Shown here in pieces: positions 28,969-38,589 of a stretch of 64,000 nt of DNA (the first letter of the stretch is position 1; the number at the start of each line of letters is the position of its first letter). The DNA is from a virus, in the IMG/VR virus record IMGVR_UViG_3300035034_001897, positions 14,947 to 78,946 of that record; one strand, given 5' to 3'. A program made the translations under genes and the position numbers. The notes under the pieces were generated by a model. The model saw nothing but the letters and a program-made list of their open reading frames with translations, was not told the DNA's origin and did no database searches.

Positions 28969-31769
28969 TGGCATTAGGAATTGATGGTCAAAGATTGATT
29001 AAGGGATATGATCGTATCCCTAGTAGCCCTTTTTCTAATCCTAAACCACACTTAACGGCATATCAAGATAGTGGAGGAGTGTGGACTATTGGATGGGGAC
29101 ATACTGGAAGTGATGTGTATGAAGGACAGACAATATCTCAACAGCAAGCAGATCTTCTTTTTACACAAGACGTTAAGCAAAAGGCTGAACGCTTTGTAGA
29201 TAGGTTCATTACTATAAGATTAAGTCAGAAGCAAAGAGATGCACTAATTAGCTTCACATATAATGCAGGATCAGGATCTTTACAAAAAAGTGTTATCCGT
29301 CAACTAATTAATAAAAATAATCACACTGCAGCAGCAAACGAGTGGTTAACTCAAAACATTGAGAATAGATTAGGTCAAGAGCAGTCTGGATTGAGATTGA
29401 GAAGACAGCAAGAAGCAGCTTTGTATTTAGAAGGAACTTCTGAGGATCAAATGTCGCAAAGACAAGCTGACAATCTACAAGAACCTATTGAAGAGAAAAA
29501 TCTAGAGAGTCAAGCTCATATAGTGCCCTACACACATTCACGGGGAAGTGAGCAAATGACAGTAGATGAGCTACTAAATTCTAAAAAGTTCATAACTTCT
29601 GAATTGACAAAAAAAGAAGTTATTGAATTGACTTTTAAAGGGAAAACTAATCACAAGAGATTGTTTGAAGCCTTATCTAAACAGGAAAAAAGATCGTTGA
29701 ATAACGGAAGTGATCAATACAACGATAAGATTGACTATCCAATTATCAGTGGAGCGACAATTTATTTAAGCTCTGAAAAAATTCAAATAGAGATTACTTA
29801 TCAGAGTAACATCACTACTCAAAACGTAAACTATAACGAATATTGGCCTAACATAATTAAGTCGATTACAAACGATCCAGGATATGTGCCAGCATACGAA
29901 AAAAGTAGCAATGCTAGTAGAAGCATTCATCCTCAACTAAGTGTTGTTGTGTGGTCGAGGGTAAAATATATTGAAAATGGATTTACTGGAGGGTTTATAG
30001 ATATCACAAAACACGTAAGTAGTGTTAATACAGAATCTTCTGTACAAGTGGGAGGAAACTTCACAATGCAGATGGGGAATGTAGTTGGAGAGATGAATGA
30101 AGATCTTAAATGGGAATCTGTTGGTGATTTAGGAGCAGCAGTAATAGGAAATATTAACAAGTCGGTAACGATCGACTCTCAATTCAATGAACATCAAAGA
30201 AATCATTCTATATATGAAAAACTAATTCAGCAGAACGATTTAGTATTCATTAGCTATGAAAAGTTAAAAGTTGAAGATGACACGTCAGTAGCTAAATTAT
30301 TAGGAGAAAGAAAAAATGGTTGGTTTGATATGATTGGATTAGTCGACTCAGTTGATGTAATTACAGACAGTGTTCGCAATGACGTCGATGTAAATATTCG
30401 TGGTAGAGATTTAGTAAAAGCGTTAATGGACGATAATAGCTATTTCAATCCATATAGTATTGGTCATATAGACAGTTTATATGGAGGAAATATTGGAGAT
30501 AGATATTTTAATGGAGAATTTAAAAATTTAGCAGCGTTTCTTGCAACCTCTATCAGGCAAAAAGTTGAATACATAATTCATAGAATAGCGTCAATAGGGT
30601 ATGTGCCTGACAATGTGTTTGATGAATTTATATCTAAAACTGAAATTACAGAAATTACCACAGGAGTTCAGAGTGAAAAAAGTGTTAAAGAAACAAAACC
30701 TGCAAAAGGAATTTGGCAGATATGTAAAGTATTTATAGATCAAAGTATATCAGATATGAGATTGGCAGACGATAGCATATCAAATCCAGACGGAAGTATA
30801 ATAGATACATTCAATAAAGTAGCTCAGTATCCCTTCGTTGAATTTATGAGTGATACATATAAGGATAAATTTTATTTAATATTTAGACGCCCACCATTTA
30901 CTCAACAAGCCTTAGATGAAGTAATTTTAGGATATAATCAACAGCAAGCGTCACAGCAAGAAGAAGTTAAATCATCTCCTGAAAGCGATAGAGTTCAAGA
31001 TGATGAGAGCGATAATGCAAAAGAACCGCTACTAATGCTTCCTCAGATCGAGTTATCTGACAACAACTTTCCGATTGCAGTAAACATCTCAGAAGTGGAT
31101 GTATTGAGTGACAACCTACATACATCAAATGAAGCGTACGCTTGGTACCAAATTGAGAATAGAGGCAACTTTAGTGGTAATACAGTCACTCTAGGACATA
31201 TGCCCTCTATATATTTTGATGAATATGCTCAAGTTTTTGGTAATAGAAGAATGAGTATTGTCTCTAATTATAGTGATTATAAATTTTTTGAACATAAAGA
31301 TGGGCAGAAAGATCAAGATTTATATGCCGAACAAGGATCTCAACAATTAGCTTATCTAGTCGAAATATCAATGTACTTGCCGTTCACAAGACAAGGAACG
31401 ATCACTATGAACGGAGATCGTAGGATTAAAAAAGGTAATTGGATATTTTATAGACCTACTCAAGAATTCTTTTATGTAACGCAAGTTACCAACAACATCT
31501 CTATTTCAACTGAAACAATAGATAGAACAACAACAATTCAAGTTGAGAGAGGAATGTTGCAGAAATACTTATTAGGTTCAACTGAAACGATAGACGGAGA
31601 AGAAGTTGATATTAGCTATTTCAACATTGTAGATATCCCTAAATTCAAGCAAGGAGTGTATGATACTGTAACGAAAGGAGTTGCAGAAGACAAGTTTGAT
31701 TACAAAGCTGATATTGCGATAAATAAAAAAGTATTTAATTTCTTTTTACAAAGAAGACATTTTAAATAA
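28968..31769 (+). CDS. Baseplate hub protein with N-terminal GH24 lysozyme
   Basis: AYQDSGGVWTIGWGHT, DALISFTYNAG and GLRLRRQQEAALY; C-terminal hub region with GTITMNGDRRIKKG and TTIQVERG. Confidence 0.8.
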   Translation: MALGIDGQRLIKGYDRIPSSPFSNPKPHLTAYQDSGGVWTIGWGHTGSDVYEGQTISQQQADLLFTQDVKQKAERFVDRFITIRLSQKQRDALISFTYNAGSGSLQKSVIRQLINKNNHTAAANEWLTQNIENRLGQEQSGLRLRRQQEAALYLEGTSEDQMSQRQADNLQEPIEEKNLESQAHIVPYTHSRGSEQMTVDELLNSKKFITSELTKKEVIELTFKGKTNHKRLFEALSKQEKRSLNNGSDQYNDKIDYPIISGATIYLSSEKIQIEITYQSNITTQNVNYNEYWPNIIKSITNDPGYVPAYEKSSNASRSIHPQLSVVVWSRVKYIENGFTGGFIDITKHVSSVNTESSVQVGGNFTMQMGNVVGEMNEDLKWESVGDLGAAVIGNINKSVTIDSQFNEHQRNHSIYEKLIQQNDLVFISYEKLKVEDDTSVAKLLGERKNGWFDMIGLVDSVDVITDSVRNDVDVNIRGRDLVKALMDDNSYFNPYSIGHIDSLYGGNIGDRYFNGEFKNLAAFLATSIRQKVEYIIHRIASIGYVPDNVFDEFISKTEITEITTGVQSEKSVKETKPAKGIWQICKVFIDQSISDMRLADDSISNPDGSIIDTFNKVAQYPFVEFMSDTYKDKFYLIFRRPPFTQQALDEVILGYNQQQASQQEEVKSSPESDRVQDDESDNAKEPLLMLPQIELSDNNFPIAVNISEVDVLSDNLHTSNEAYAWYQIENRGNFSGNTVTLGHMPSIYFDEYAQVFGNRRMSIVSNYSDYKFFEHKDGQKDQDLYAEQGSQQLAYLVEISMYLPFTRQGTITMNGDRRIKKGNWIFYRPTQEFFYVTQVTNNISISTETIDRTTTIQVERGMLQKYLLGSTETIDGEEVDISYFNIVDIPKFKQGVYDTVTKGVAEDKFDYKADIAINKKVFNFFLQRRHFK

Positions 31770-32689
31770 TGAAGTCAAAAATATTTACTAAAAAGGTTTA
31801 CAGGCACATCAGTCAAAGTGCAAACATAAAGCCAGATCAAGATAGATCTGAAAGTGGCTTTGCATATACCATAATTCCGGTAGATATTGATAGAGACGAT
31901 TACTTAAAATCTGTATATCAGACAGGATATGCAATGGTGATTACTAGAGACAATGAAGTGTATAGAGATGTATTAATTCCTAGACATTTAATAGATGTAA
32001 TTTCTTTTCCACAAAATCCTGGTGAATATGGAGATTTAATTAGTTGGATCAACTCAAAAACGCATAATCAGCTTAGTATGGTTGGTATTTTTAATAAGCC
32101 AGGACAGTATCATCCTTACCTAGAGAACATCTTTACTGAAAGATTTAAGTCTGACAGCTTTGAAATCATTAGATCAATCGACGGAGACGTTCCTTTATAT
32201 TTAATATCTGTTGATGGCGAAGATGAAGAGAGTGGTGGAATAGAGCTAAAGGCTAAAAACAAAGACACTACCTCAAGAGTGAGAATAAATGTTGATGGAA
32301 CAATTAATGTAGTAGCTGACAACACTATTGATTTTACAATTGAGAATAAATTGCAAATTCAATTAGGAACAGAAGAAGGAAAGGTATCGACGTTATCGAT
32401 TGCAGTGGATGGAGGATTAGAGTATAAAGATCAGTTTGGCAACGTCTTACAAATTATTGATGGAGAGAGTAATCTCAAAACACCTAAAGTTAATTTAGGT
32501 AAAGCTAATCAAAGTATGATGTTAGGTGATACTTGGAAAAATCTTGAATCAGCAATAATTGATGCGATAGGAAAGATTACAGTCCCAACAGCATTAGGTC
32601 CATCTGGAGTTCCTATAAATACACCAGAATTTATAGCAATCAAACAACAATTAAAAACAGCACTATCTAAAGCGCAAAAAGTAGAATAG
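31769..32689 (+). CDS. Baseplate spike (gp5/gpV-like)
   Basis: Beta-strand repeats and the C-terminal VPTALGPSGVPIN motif. Confidence 0.6.
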   Translation: MKSKIFTKKVYRHISQSANIKPDQDRSESGFAYTIIPVDIDRDDYLKSVYQTGYAMVITRDNEVYRDVLIPRHLIDVISFPQNPGEYGDLISWINSKTHNQLSMVGIFNKPGQYHPYLENIFTERFKSDSFEIIRSIDGDVPLYLISVDGEDEESGGIELKAKNKDTTSRVRINVDGTINVVADNTIDFTIENKLQIQLGTEEGKVSTLSIAVDGGLEYKDQFGNVLQIIDGESNLKTPKVNLGKANQSMMLGDTWKNLESAIIDAIGKITVPTALGPSGVPINTPEFIAIKQQLKTALSKAQKVE

Positions 32690-32690
32690 A

Positions 32691-33152
32691 ATGCCATTAA
32701 GTACTGAAATATTAACGAGAGAGATTAGAAAAGTTAGTGACGAATCTTATATACTGTTTGAAGGGTTTCCTAAATCAACGTCTGAGACAGCTAATAGATG
32801 GGCAAACATCGTTGACATCTACACTATTGATATGATTCCTACATCAACAAGTAGAGATCAGGCAAAATTTCTTTTCAGTCGATCAATGGAGCAAGTTGAC
32901 ATAGGAACCGGATTTGTTGTGCTTAAATTAGCGTTTGCAACATACGCAAACACTCTATCGTTAGGAATGAATCCTACTTTTACTGGAATCGCACCGGTAA
33001 CCCCTATATTACTAGAGACAGTAGCTCCAATTGGATTGGGAGGAGGATCTGCTAAAGAGGTTGCAATTGCAATGGCAAATATAATACAGCAATGGTTTAA
33101 GACAGGTGTTGCAATAAATACATCATCTGGAGCATCCATAAATTGGAATTAA
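32691..33152 (+). CDS. Baseplate-associated hypothetical protein
   Basis: Synteny. Confidence 0.5.
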   Translation: MPLSTEILTREIRKVSDESYILFEGFPKSTSETANRWANIVDIYTIDMIPTSTSRDQAKFLFSRSMEQVDIGTGFVVLKLAFATYANTLSLGMNPTFTGIAPVTPILLETVAPIGLGGGSAKEVAIAMANIIQQWFKTGVAINTSSGASINWN

Positions 33153-33170
33153 TTACCTAATTTTACAGTT

Positions 33171-33605
33171 ATGAAACAGCATATTTTAGAAGTAGCATTA
33201 GATGAATTTGGAGTTCGTGAGATATCTGGTAAGAAAGATAATCCTAGAGTGATTCAATATTTTGACGATATAGGTTTTGATGGAAAAGCTTTGAAGGACG
33301 AAACAGCTTGGTGCTCTGCGTTTGCTAATTGGGTTGCACTACAAACTGGAGCTTGTATGAGTAATAAGTTAACTGCAAGAAGTTGGCTTAAAGTTGGAGT
33401 GAAAACAGACAATCCTCAACTAGGAGATGTTGTAGTTTTATGGAGAAAAAGTCGCAGTGATTGGAGAGGTCACGTAGGATTTTTTATAAGAGAAACAGAA
33501 GGATTTGTATACATTCTTGGAGGAAATCAAGGGAATAGAGTGTCCATTCAAGCATATCACAAAAACAGACTATTAGAATATAGAGACATTACTCGCAAAG
33601 AATAA
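33171..33605 (+). CDS. TIGR02594-family NlpC/P60-like cysteine peptidase (possible endolysin)
   Basis: DETAWCSAFANW, ARSWL, GDVVV, GHVGF and LGGNQGNRV motifs. Confidence 0.88.
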   Translation: MKQHILEVALDEFGVREISGKKDNPRVIQYFDDIGFDGKALKDETAWCSAFANWVALQTGACMSNKLTARSWLKVGVKTDNPQLGDVVVLWRKSRSDWRGHVGFFIRETEGFVYILGGNQGNRVSIQAYHKNRLLEYRDITRKE

Positions 33606-34345
33606 TGAGTGGAATTCTCGACATATTGCGTCCTCAATTAAATCAAATTGGTAAGGCTGGTGTAAATGCACTATTCCCTAACGATTTTGAATACTATGCG
33701 ATCACATTAGAGTTAACAGATTCTAAAGGGAAAACTGTTGACTATTTAACGTTTCCAGTCACTCCTTCGATGATAGGGTTTGATGACAAGAAAGTTGTTA
33801 ACATCAAGAAGACTATGGGAGGAGTTACTTCACTAGATACAGATACAGAAATTCCTAAATTTATAACGATGTCAGGAATGTTTGGTCGTAAACTGCGATT
33901 ACTAATAAGCCCACCAATTGAAAATAGTCAATCAACAGCAAATGGAATATTTTCAAGTGTATCTGGCAATGGACTGCAAATCAACTCTCCAGTTCTCAAC
34001 GCTAAACTTAAAACTGGATATGGCGCAACTAAAGTGTTAGAAGCAATAATAAAAAAATCATCTTCATTAGATCAATATAACAGACCTAACAGACTGTATC
34101 TATATATACCACCATTAGGACATAATTTTTTAGTCAAAGCAACCCAATTTAGATTAGATCAAGACTATCAATCATCAAATATGTTATGGAAATACACTTT
34201 AGCTTTCACAACGTTGGCTAGAATTGAAGATTTAAAGATAGAAAATGATAATCAAGATAACTCTCTAATTAAATCGACATCAATCGACATATTGCAGCGA
34301 ACAGCTAATAGTGTAGTTCGAGACTTAAAGCAAAGCGTATTTTAA
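33605..34345 (+). CDS. Baseplate/tube-initiator protein
   Basis: FPVTP, ITMSGMFG and LWKYTL pattern; synteny. Confidence 0.6.
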   Translation: MSGILDILRPQLNQIGKAGVNALFPNDFEYYAITLELTDSKGKTVDYLTFPVTPSMIGFDDKKVVNIKKTMGGVTSLDTDTEIPKFITMSGMFGRKLRLLISPPIENSQSTANGIFSSVSGNGLQINSPVLNAKLKTGYGATKVLEAIIKKSSSLDQYNRPNRLYLYIPPLGHNFLVKATQFRLDQDYQSSNMLWKYTLAFTTLARIEDLKIENDNQDNSLIKSTSIDILQRTANSVVRDLKQSVF

Positions 34346-35271
34346 TGAGATTAGCAACAAACATAATTACTCAAATTAGTAGCATATTGAGATATGACGT
34401 ATCTCAATACCTAAATAGGTATGTTGATTTCATTGAGAATGATAGACAAAGAATTTTTGACTACTACAAAGGGTCACTCAATAGACTAAACATAGACAGT
34501 TTCAATAGATTAGAGCAATTATTAGTTGACACCAACAAAGTTAATAGTTTAGTTGAAATTCACAAAACGAGATTGTCAAATAGTGAATTTTGGCAATTCA
34601 TAGAGACGTTTACAGAAATAGAAGAGTCTTTATTGACAGTAGATAATAGCTCTAAATGGTTGCGAAGTGTAATTACAAAAAACAACTTCTCACCTCAAGT
34701 AGAGGTGAGCTTTATACTTAAACAATTTCAAACAATTGAGCAGTTGACTAGATCTTTAGGATCTAACGATGCCGATAATGATTGGATTAAATTAGCTCTA
34801 AGAAACGATTTATTTGAAAGTGATTATACTGTCGAAGGAGGTGTAGAAATTTCAACAAGCTACTTCAACAAACTATCCTTTTCAATTAATTCAGTAGTCG
34901 ATAACATCGACCACGAAAAAATTTATGGATTAGATTTAGATAGAACTATTACGTTTGAAGATGATGATTTAAGAGTACTTTCATACAAAGAAACAATCAA
35001 GCAGACTGTAAATATTTTAGCAAGTCTCAAGTATGGACAAACGCCAGAATTTCCTTTAGACGGAATACAGATGAATCTGGTTAGTGGAAGCAATAAAGCT
35101 TCAATACCATACCCAGTATTGTTTAGACAATTTTATACAACTTTTCAAAAAGACGACACTCTAAAGTCGCTATCAGTTAAAACGATACAGAATATTGACG
35201 ATAGGTTAGAGATTAATTTTGAAGTTGAAACTAGATTAGGAGAAATAGTTCCTACACAAACAATTTTTTAA
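34345..35271 (+). CDS. Baseplate wedge protein (C-terminal gp25-like)
   Basis: GQTPEFPLDGI region; precedes the baseplate J gene. Confidence 0.55.
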   Translation: MRLATNIITQISSILRYDVSQYLNRYVDFIENDRQRIFDYYKGSLNRLNIDSFNRLEQLLVDTNKVNSLVEIHKTRLSNSEFWQFIETFTEIEESLLTVDNSSKWLRSVITKNNFSPQVEVSFILKQFQTIEQLTRSLGSNDADNDWIKLALRNDLFESDYTVEGGVEISTSYFNKLSFSINSVVDNIDHEKIYGLDLDRTITFEDDDLRVLSYKETIKQTVNILASLKYGQTPEFPLDGIQMNLVSGSNKASIPYPVLFRQFYTTFQKDDTLKSLSVKTIQNIDDRLEINFEVETRLGEIVPTQTIF

Positions 35272-35272
35272 T

Positions 35273-36442
35273 ATGTTAATTACTAGAATAATATCCATAC
35301 GAGAACTTAAAAAACTGTTCATAGAAACCTTCTTGAATAGAACGGATAAGGTAACTAAAGTTTCTGATCAAAGTGTGATGAATGGAGTTGCTTATGGAGT
35401 AGCGAAGATTGGTCAAAAAACAATGAAAGAGATTTCTTTAATTGAAAGTCACCTATTTCCAGACAACGCATTTAACCAACATCTAGATTTAGTTGCTCAA
35501 AGATTAGGTATAAGTCCTCGATTTGCAGCATCTAGCTCTTGTGGATATGTAAGAATAGTAGCAGATCCTGGTACAACATATGAAGAAGGAACAAATATAC
35601 TGTTTGGACAAGGCCTTAATTTTGAGTTGACGCAAGATATAATTGTTGGATCTATAGGATATGCATACATCAAAGTGCGAAGTGAAAGTACTGGTAGTAA
35701 AACGAATGTGCCTGCACTAACTATCACGTCAGTAAATCCTGCTCCTAGTGGACATATAGCAGTGTTGAATGAATACGAATTTACTGGAGGAAGATCGATT
35801 GAAAGCGATCAGTCCTTTAGAATTAGAATAAAAAATGGAGCAAATGTTGCATCAAAAGGCACTTTAGAGTACCTAACTCAAATAATGTTAAAGTTCAATT
35901 CAGACATTTTAAGAGTATATTCTTTAGGAACCAACAGTCAAAATCAACACGTAATTGCGGTATCTACGCAAAATGGAATATCGTTTACGCAAGATGAGCT
36001 TGATCAATTGTTAGAAAACATAACTCCATATCTAAGTATAGGGCTATATAATGCAGTTTCAACTGCTAGCGTAAATGTAGAACTCGTTAATGTAGAGTAC
36101 TCGTTTTTTGACATTGATTTTAGAGTAGAGTTGATTCAAAATGCAAATATAGACGAAGCGAGAAGAAATGTACAAATAGCACTAACAAAGTATCTTGATC
36201 ATAGATTCTGGAAGTCAGGTCAACGAGTAGAGTGGGACGATATGTTGCAGATAGTAAAAGACGACTTGCAAATAAAGTATGTTGCAGACTCATTCTTCTT
36301 TCCACGAATCGACTTAATTGTAGATCCAGGCAAGTTGCCTAAAGTTAGAGGCTTTATTATGAGAGATTTGAGTGGTCAAATTATACAAGATACTGGAGGA
36401 GTGATTAGTCCTATATACTATCCAACAGAGAGTGATGAATAA
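35273..36442 (+). CDS. Baseplate J-like protein
   Basis: LDLVAQRLGISPR, GSKTNV and GGRSIESDQSFRIRI motifs. Confidence 0.88.
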   Translation: MLITRIISIRELKKLFIETFLNRTDKVTKVSDQSVMNGVAYGVAKIGQKTMKEISLIESHLFPDNAFNQHLDLVAQRLGISPRFAASSSCGYVRIVADPGTTYEEGTNILFGQGLNFELTQDIIVGSIGYAYIKVRSESTGSKTNVPALTITSVNPAPSGHIAVLNEYEFTGGRSIESDQSFRIRIKNGANVASKGTLEYLTQIMLKFNSDILRVYSLGTNSQNQHVIAVSTQNGISFTQDELDQLLENITPYLSIGLYNAVSTASVNVELVNVEYSFFDIDFRVELIQNANIDEARRNVQIALTKYLDHRFWKSGQRVEWDDMLQIVKDDLQIKYVADSFFFPRIDLIVDPGKLPKVRGFIMRDLSGQIIQDTGGVISPIYYPTESDE

Positions 36443-36465
36443 TTTCAGACAACAGTAATTAAGTA

Positions 36466-37206
36466 ATGAGCGTAATCCAAACATCAACAGATATAACTGA
36501 CGGCTTAGTGCAAGGGCAAAAAAACATTGTGTCTTATTACGGTGAGTCACCGAATACAAGACCTTCAGTAACGCCTATCGAGATTTCGTTCGATTGGAAT
36601 ACGGTGTATCAGTTTACTCAAAACACTATACTTAACAATTATAGTGACGTTGAGAGTGATGGAGCACATACAATCTTAATCAAATCTCTACCAATTAGAG
36701 GGAAGTTAACGTTTAATGGATCGTTGACTAGAGAAGGTCAAATAATAAGTGTTACGAATCTAAGTGGACTGAGTTTCATTCCACAAGCAAATCAATATGG
36801 CAAAAAGTACGATACTTTCGAGATATTAATTAGAGATGTAGGGATAGCTCCTAACAATTGGAGTGATGCTATTCAAGTAACTTTCACAATAGATAGAACG
36901 ATACAGCTTCCGACAGCTAGCAATAAAACTGTAACAATTGCCAATTCAGGAGCTTATCGATTTAGAGTTAATGATTTAATTGCTGGATATCAAGGAGGAC
37001 TAATTCTATACTTTCAATTCACTTCAATACCTCCTCAAGAGGTAGGATTACTCCAATTAGATCAAATTATACTAACCGAAAGCGATCTACCACTAACTCT
37101 TACCCCAAAACAGCTTGGGGATAAAGAGCTAATTTTTACAGATAACGGGAAAGTTTTACAGCAAAAAGACGTGCTATTTGACTACACTATACACGACAAG
37201 ATATAA
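36466..37206 (+). CDS. Virion protein with two Ig/cadherin-like repeats
   Basis: NYSDVESDG..I.I..LP..G.L pattern, also seen in 38589. Confidence 0.55.
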   Translation: MSVIQTSTDITDGLVQGQKNIVSYYGESPNTRPSVTPIEISFDWNTVYQFTQNTILNNYSDVESDGAHTILIKSLPIRGKLTFNGSLTREGQIISVTNLSGLSFIPQANQYGKKYDTFEILIRDVGIAPNNWSDAIQVTFTIDRTIQLPTASNKTVTIANSGAYRFRVNDLIAGYQGGLILYFQFTSIPPQEVGLLQLDQIILTESDLPLTLTPKQLGDKELIFTDNGKVLQQKDVLFDYTIHDKI

Positions 37207-37209
37207 AAT

Positions 37210-38589
37210 ATGAATACATTAACTATAAAAGTTTTAGCAAAGCAACTTAATGCACCTATTGTGAGTGCAGGCAAAGATATTATTCAACAATTACCTGAAA
37301 ATTCAGTAATTATACAAGGGTCTGCAAACGATCCGGATGGAACAATTCAAAGCACTCAATGGACTCAAATTGCAGGACCTTTAGTGACATTACAAACTCC
37401 AAATTCATTAGCATTACAAATACAGAGTTTGCAGGATGGACAATATGAGTTTCAATTATCGGTAACAGATAATGATGGACAGATGTCTAGTGACTCGATG
37501 AAATTATCTGTGTTACAAGCAAACAACATTCCTATTGCAGATGCTGGAGTAGATGGCTCTATTGAAGTGAGTCCGGTTGGAGTGAGTAATACAACTACAA
37601 GTCAATTGCCTCTAAATGCGTATCAACTGATTGGAAATGGAAGCGATACAGACGGAACAATTGAAGGGTTTGAGTGGGCAATTATAAATCAACCTAATGG
37701 AGCTAGTGCATTTTTTCAAAATGACAATAACGCTATTGCAAATCCAGTAGTTGAAGGACTGTCTATTGTAGGAGATTATACTTTACAATTAACTGTTATC
37801 GATGACGATGGAGCTTTTGGAATGGATACGATGATGATTACAGTAAACCCACAAGCCAATCAAGCACCAAAGATCAATTCTATAGGACCAATGATAGATG
37901 ACTCTAACAAGTTTATGGGCAATATGCCTGGTGCAATAAATACGTTTGGTCATTCAGAATTCTGGAAGTTTGACGTATCAGCTACAGATCTTGAAGGAAA
38001 TGATATTAATGTAGCAGTAACATTGATGGACAGTAATCAGAATCCAGTATTTACAGACAATACTAAGATAATTGTAGGAGGAAATGGAATAGCGACATAT
38101 ACATTACCAACACTCAATGTAGGTAATCAATTAAGTCCACAATCTTATGAGCTGCAAATAATTGTGGACGATGGAAGTGGAAACTCAACAGATCAAACTT
38201 TCAAAATTGACCTTTTCAATTCATCCAACAATAACATTGCAAATGGAGGATTATTGCTACAAAAAGGAGTTAGCCCAAAAACTAAAAACGGATGCTTCAC
38301 AAATTATCAATCAACATTCACAGTACCAAAAGGTCAGACTGGATCGTTAGTTATAAATGAAATTGACGGAACAATCTCCTCTCAGAGTGGAACTCCTTTA
38401 AATAACATTGGACCAGGAGTATATACTTGGAGTGTAAGTTTAAATAATAGTGCACAAGTAGGAGTGGAAACTACAGTCGAAGTCGTTTCAAGTTTGAGTG
38501 GAGGAGAAAATGGAATTTTAACGCTAAAAAGACAAGCGTCAGATAACGCTAACTACGACGGATCAATCTGTCAACTATCACAAAGCTAA
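37210..38589 (+). CDS. PKD/Ig-like domain virion protein
   Basis: Repeated P.A.AG.D...G...D.DG.I....W....G...G.Y.FQL.VTD.DG units. Confidence 0.8.
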   Translation: MNTLTIKVLAKQLNAPIVSAGKDIIQQLPENSVIIQGSANDPDGTIQSTQWTQIAGPLVTLQTPNSLALQIQSLQDGQYEFQLSVTDNDGQMSSDSMKLSVLQANNIPIADAGVDGSIEVSPVGVSNTTTSQLPLNAYQLIGNGSDTDGTIEGFEWAIINQPNGASAFFQNDNNAIANPVVEGLSIVGDYTLQLTVIDDDGAFGMDTMMITVNPQANQAPKINSIGPMIDDSNKFMGNMPGAINTFGHSEFWKFDVSATDLEGNDINVAVTLMDSNQNPVFTDNTKIIVGGNGIATYTLPTLNVGNQLSPQSYELQIIVDDGSGNSTDQTFKIDLFNSSNNNIANGGLLLQKGVSPKTKNGCFTNYQSTFTVPKGQTGSLVINEIDGTISSQSGTPLNNIGPGVYTWSVSLNNSAQVGVETTVEVVSSLSGGENGILTLKRQASDNANYDGSICQLSQS

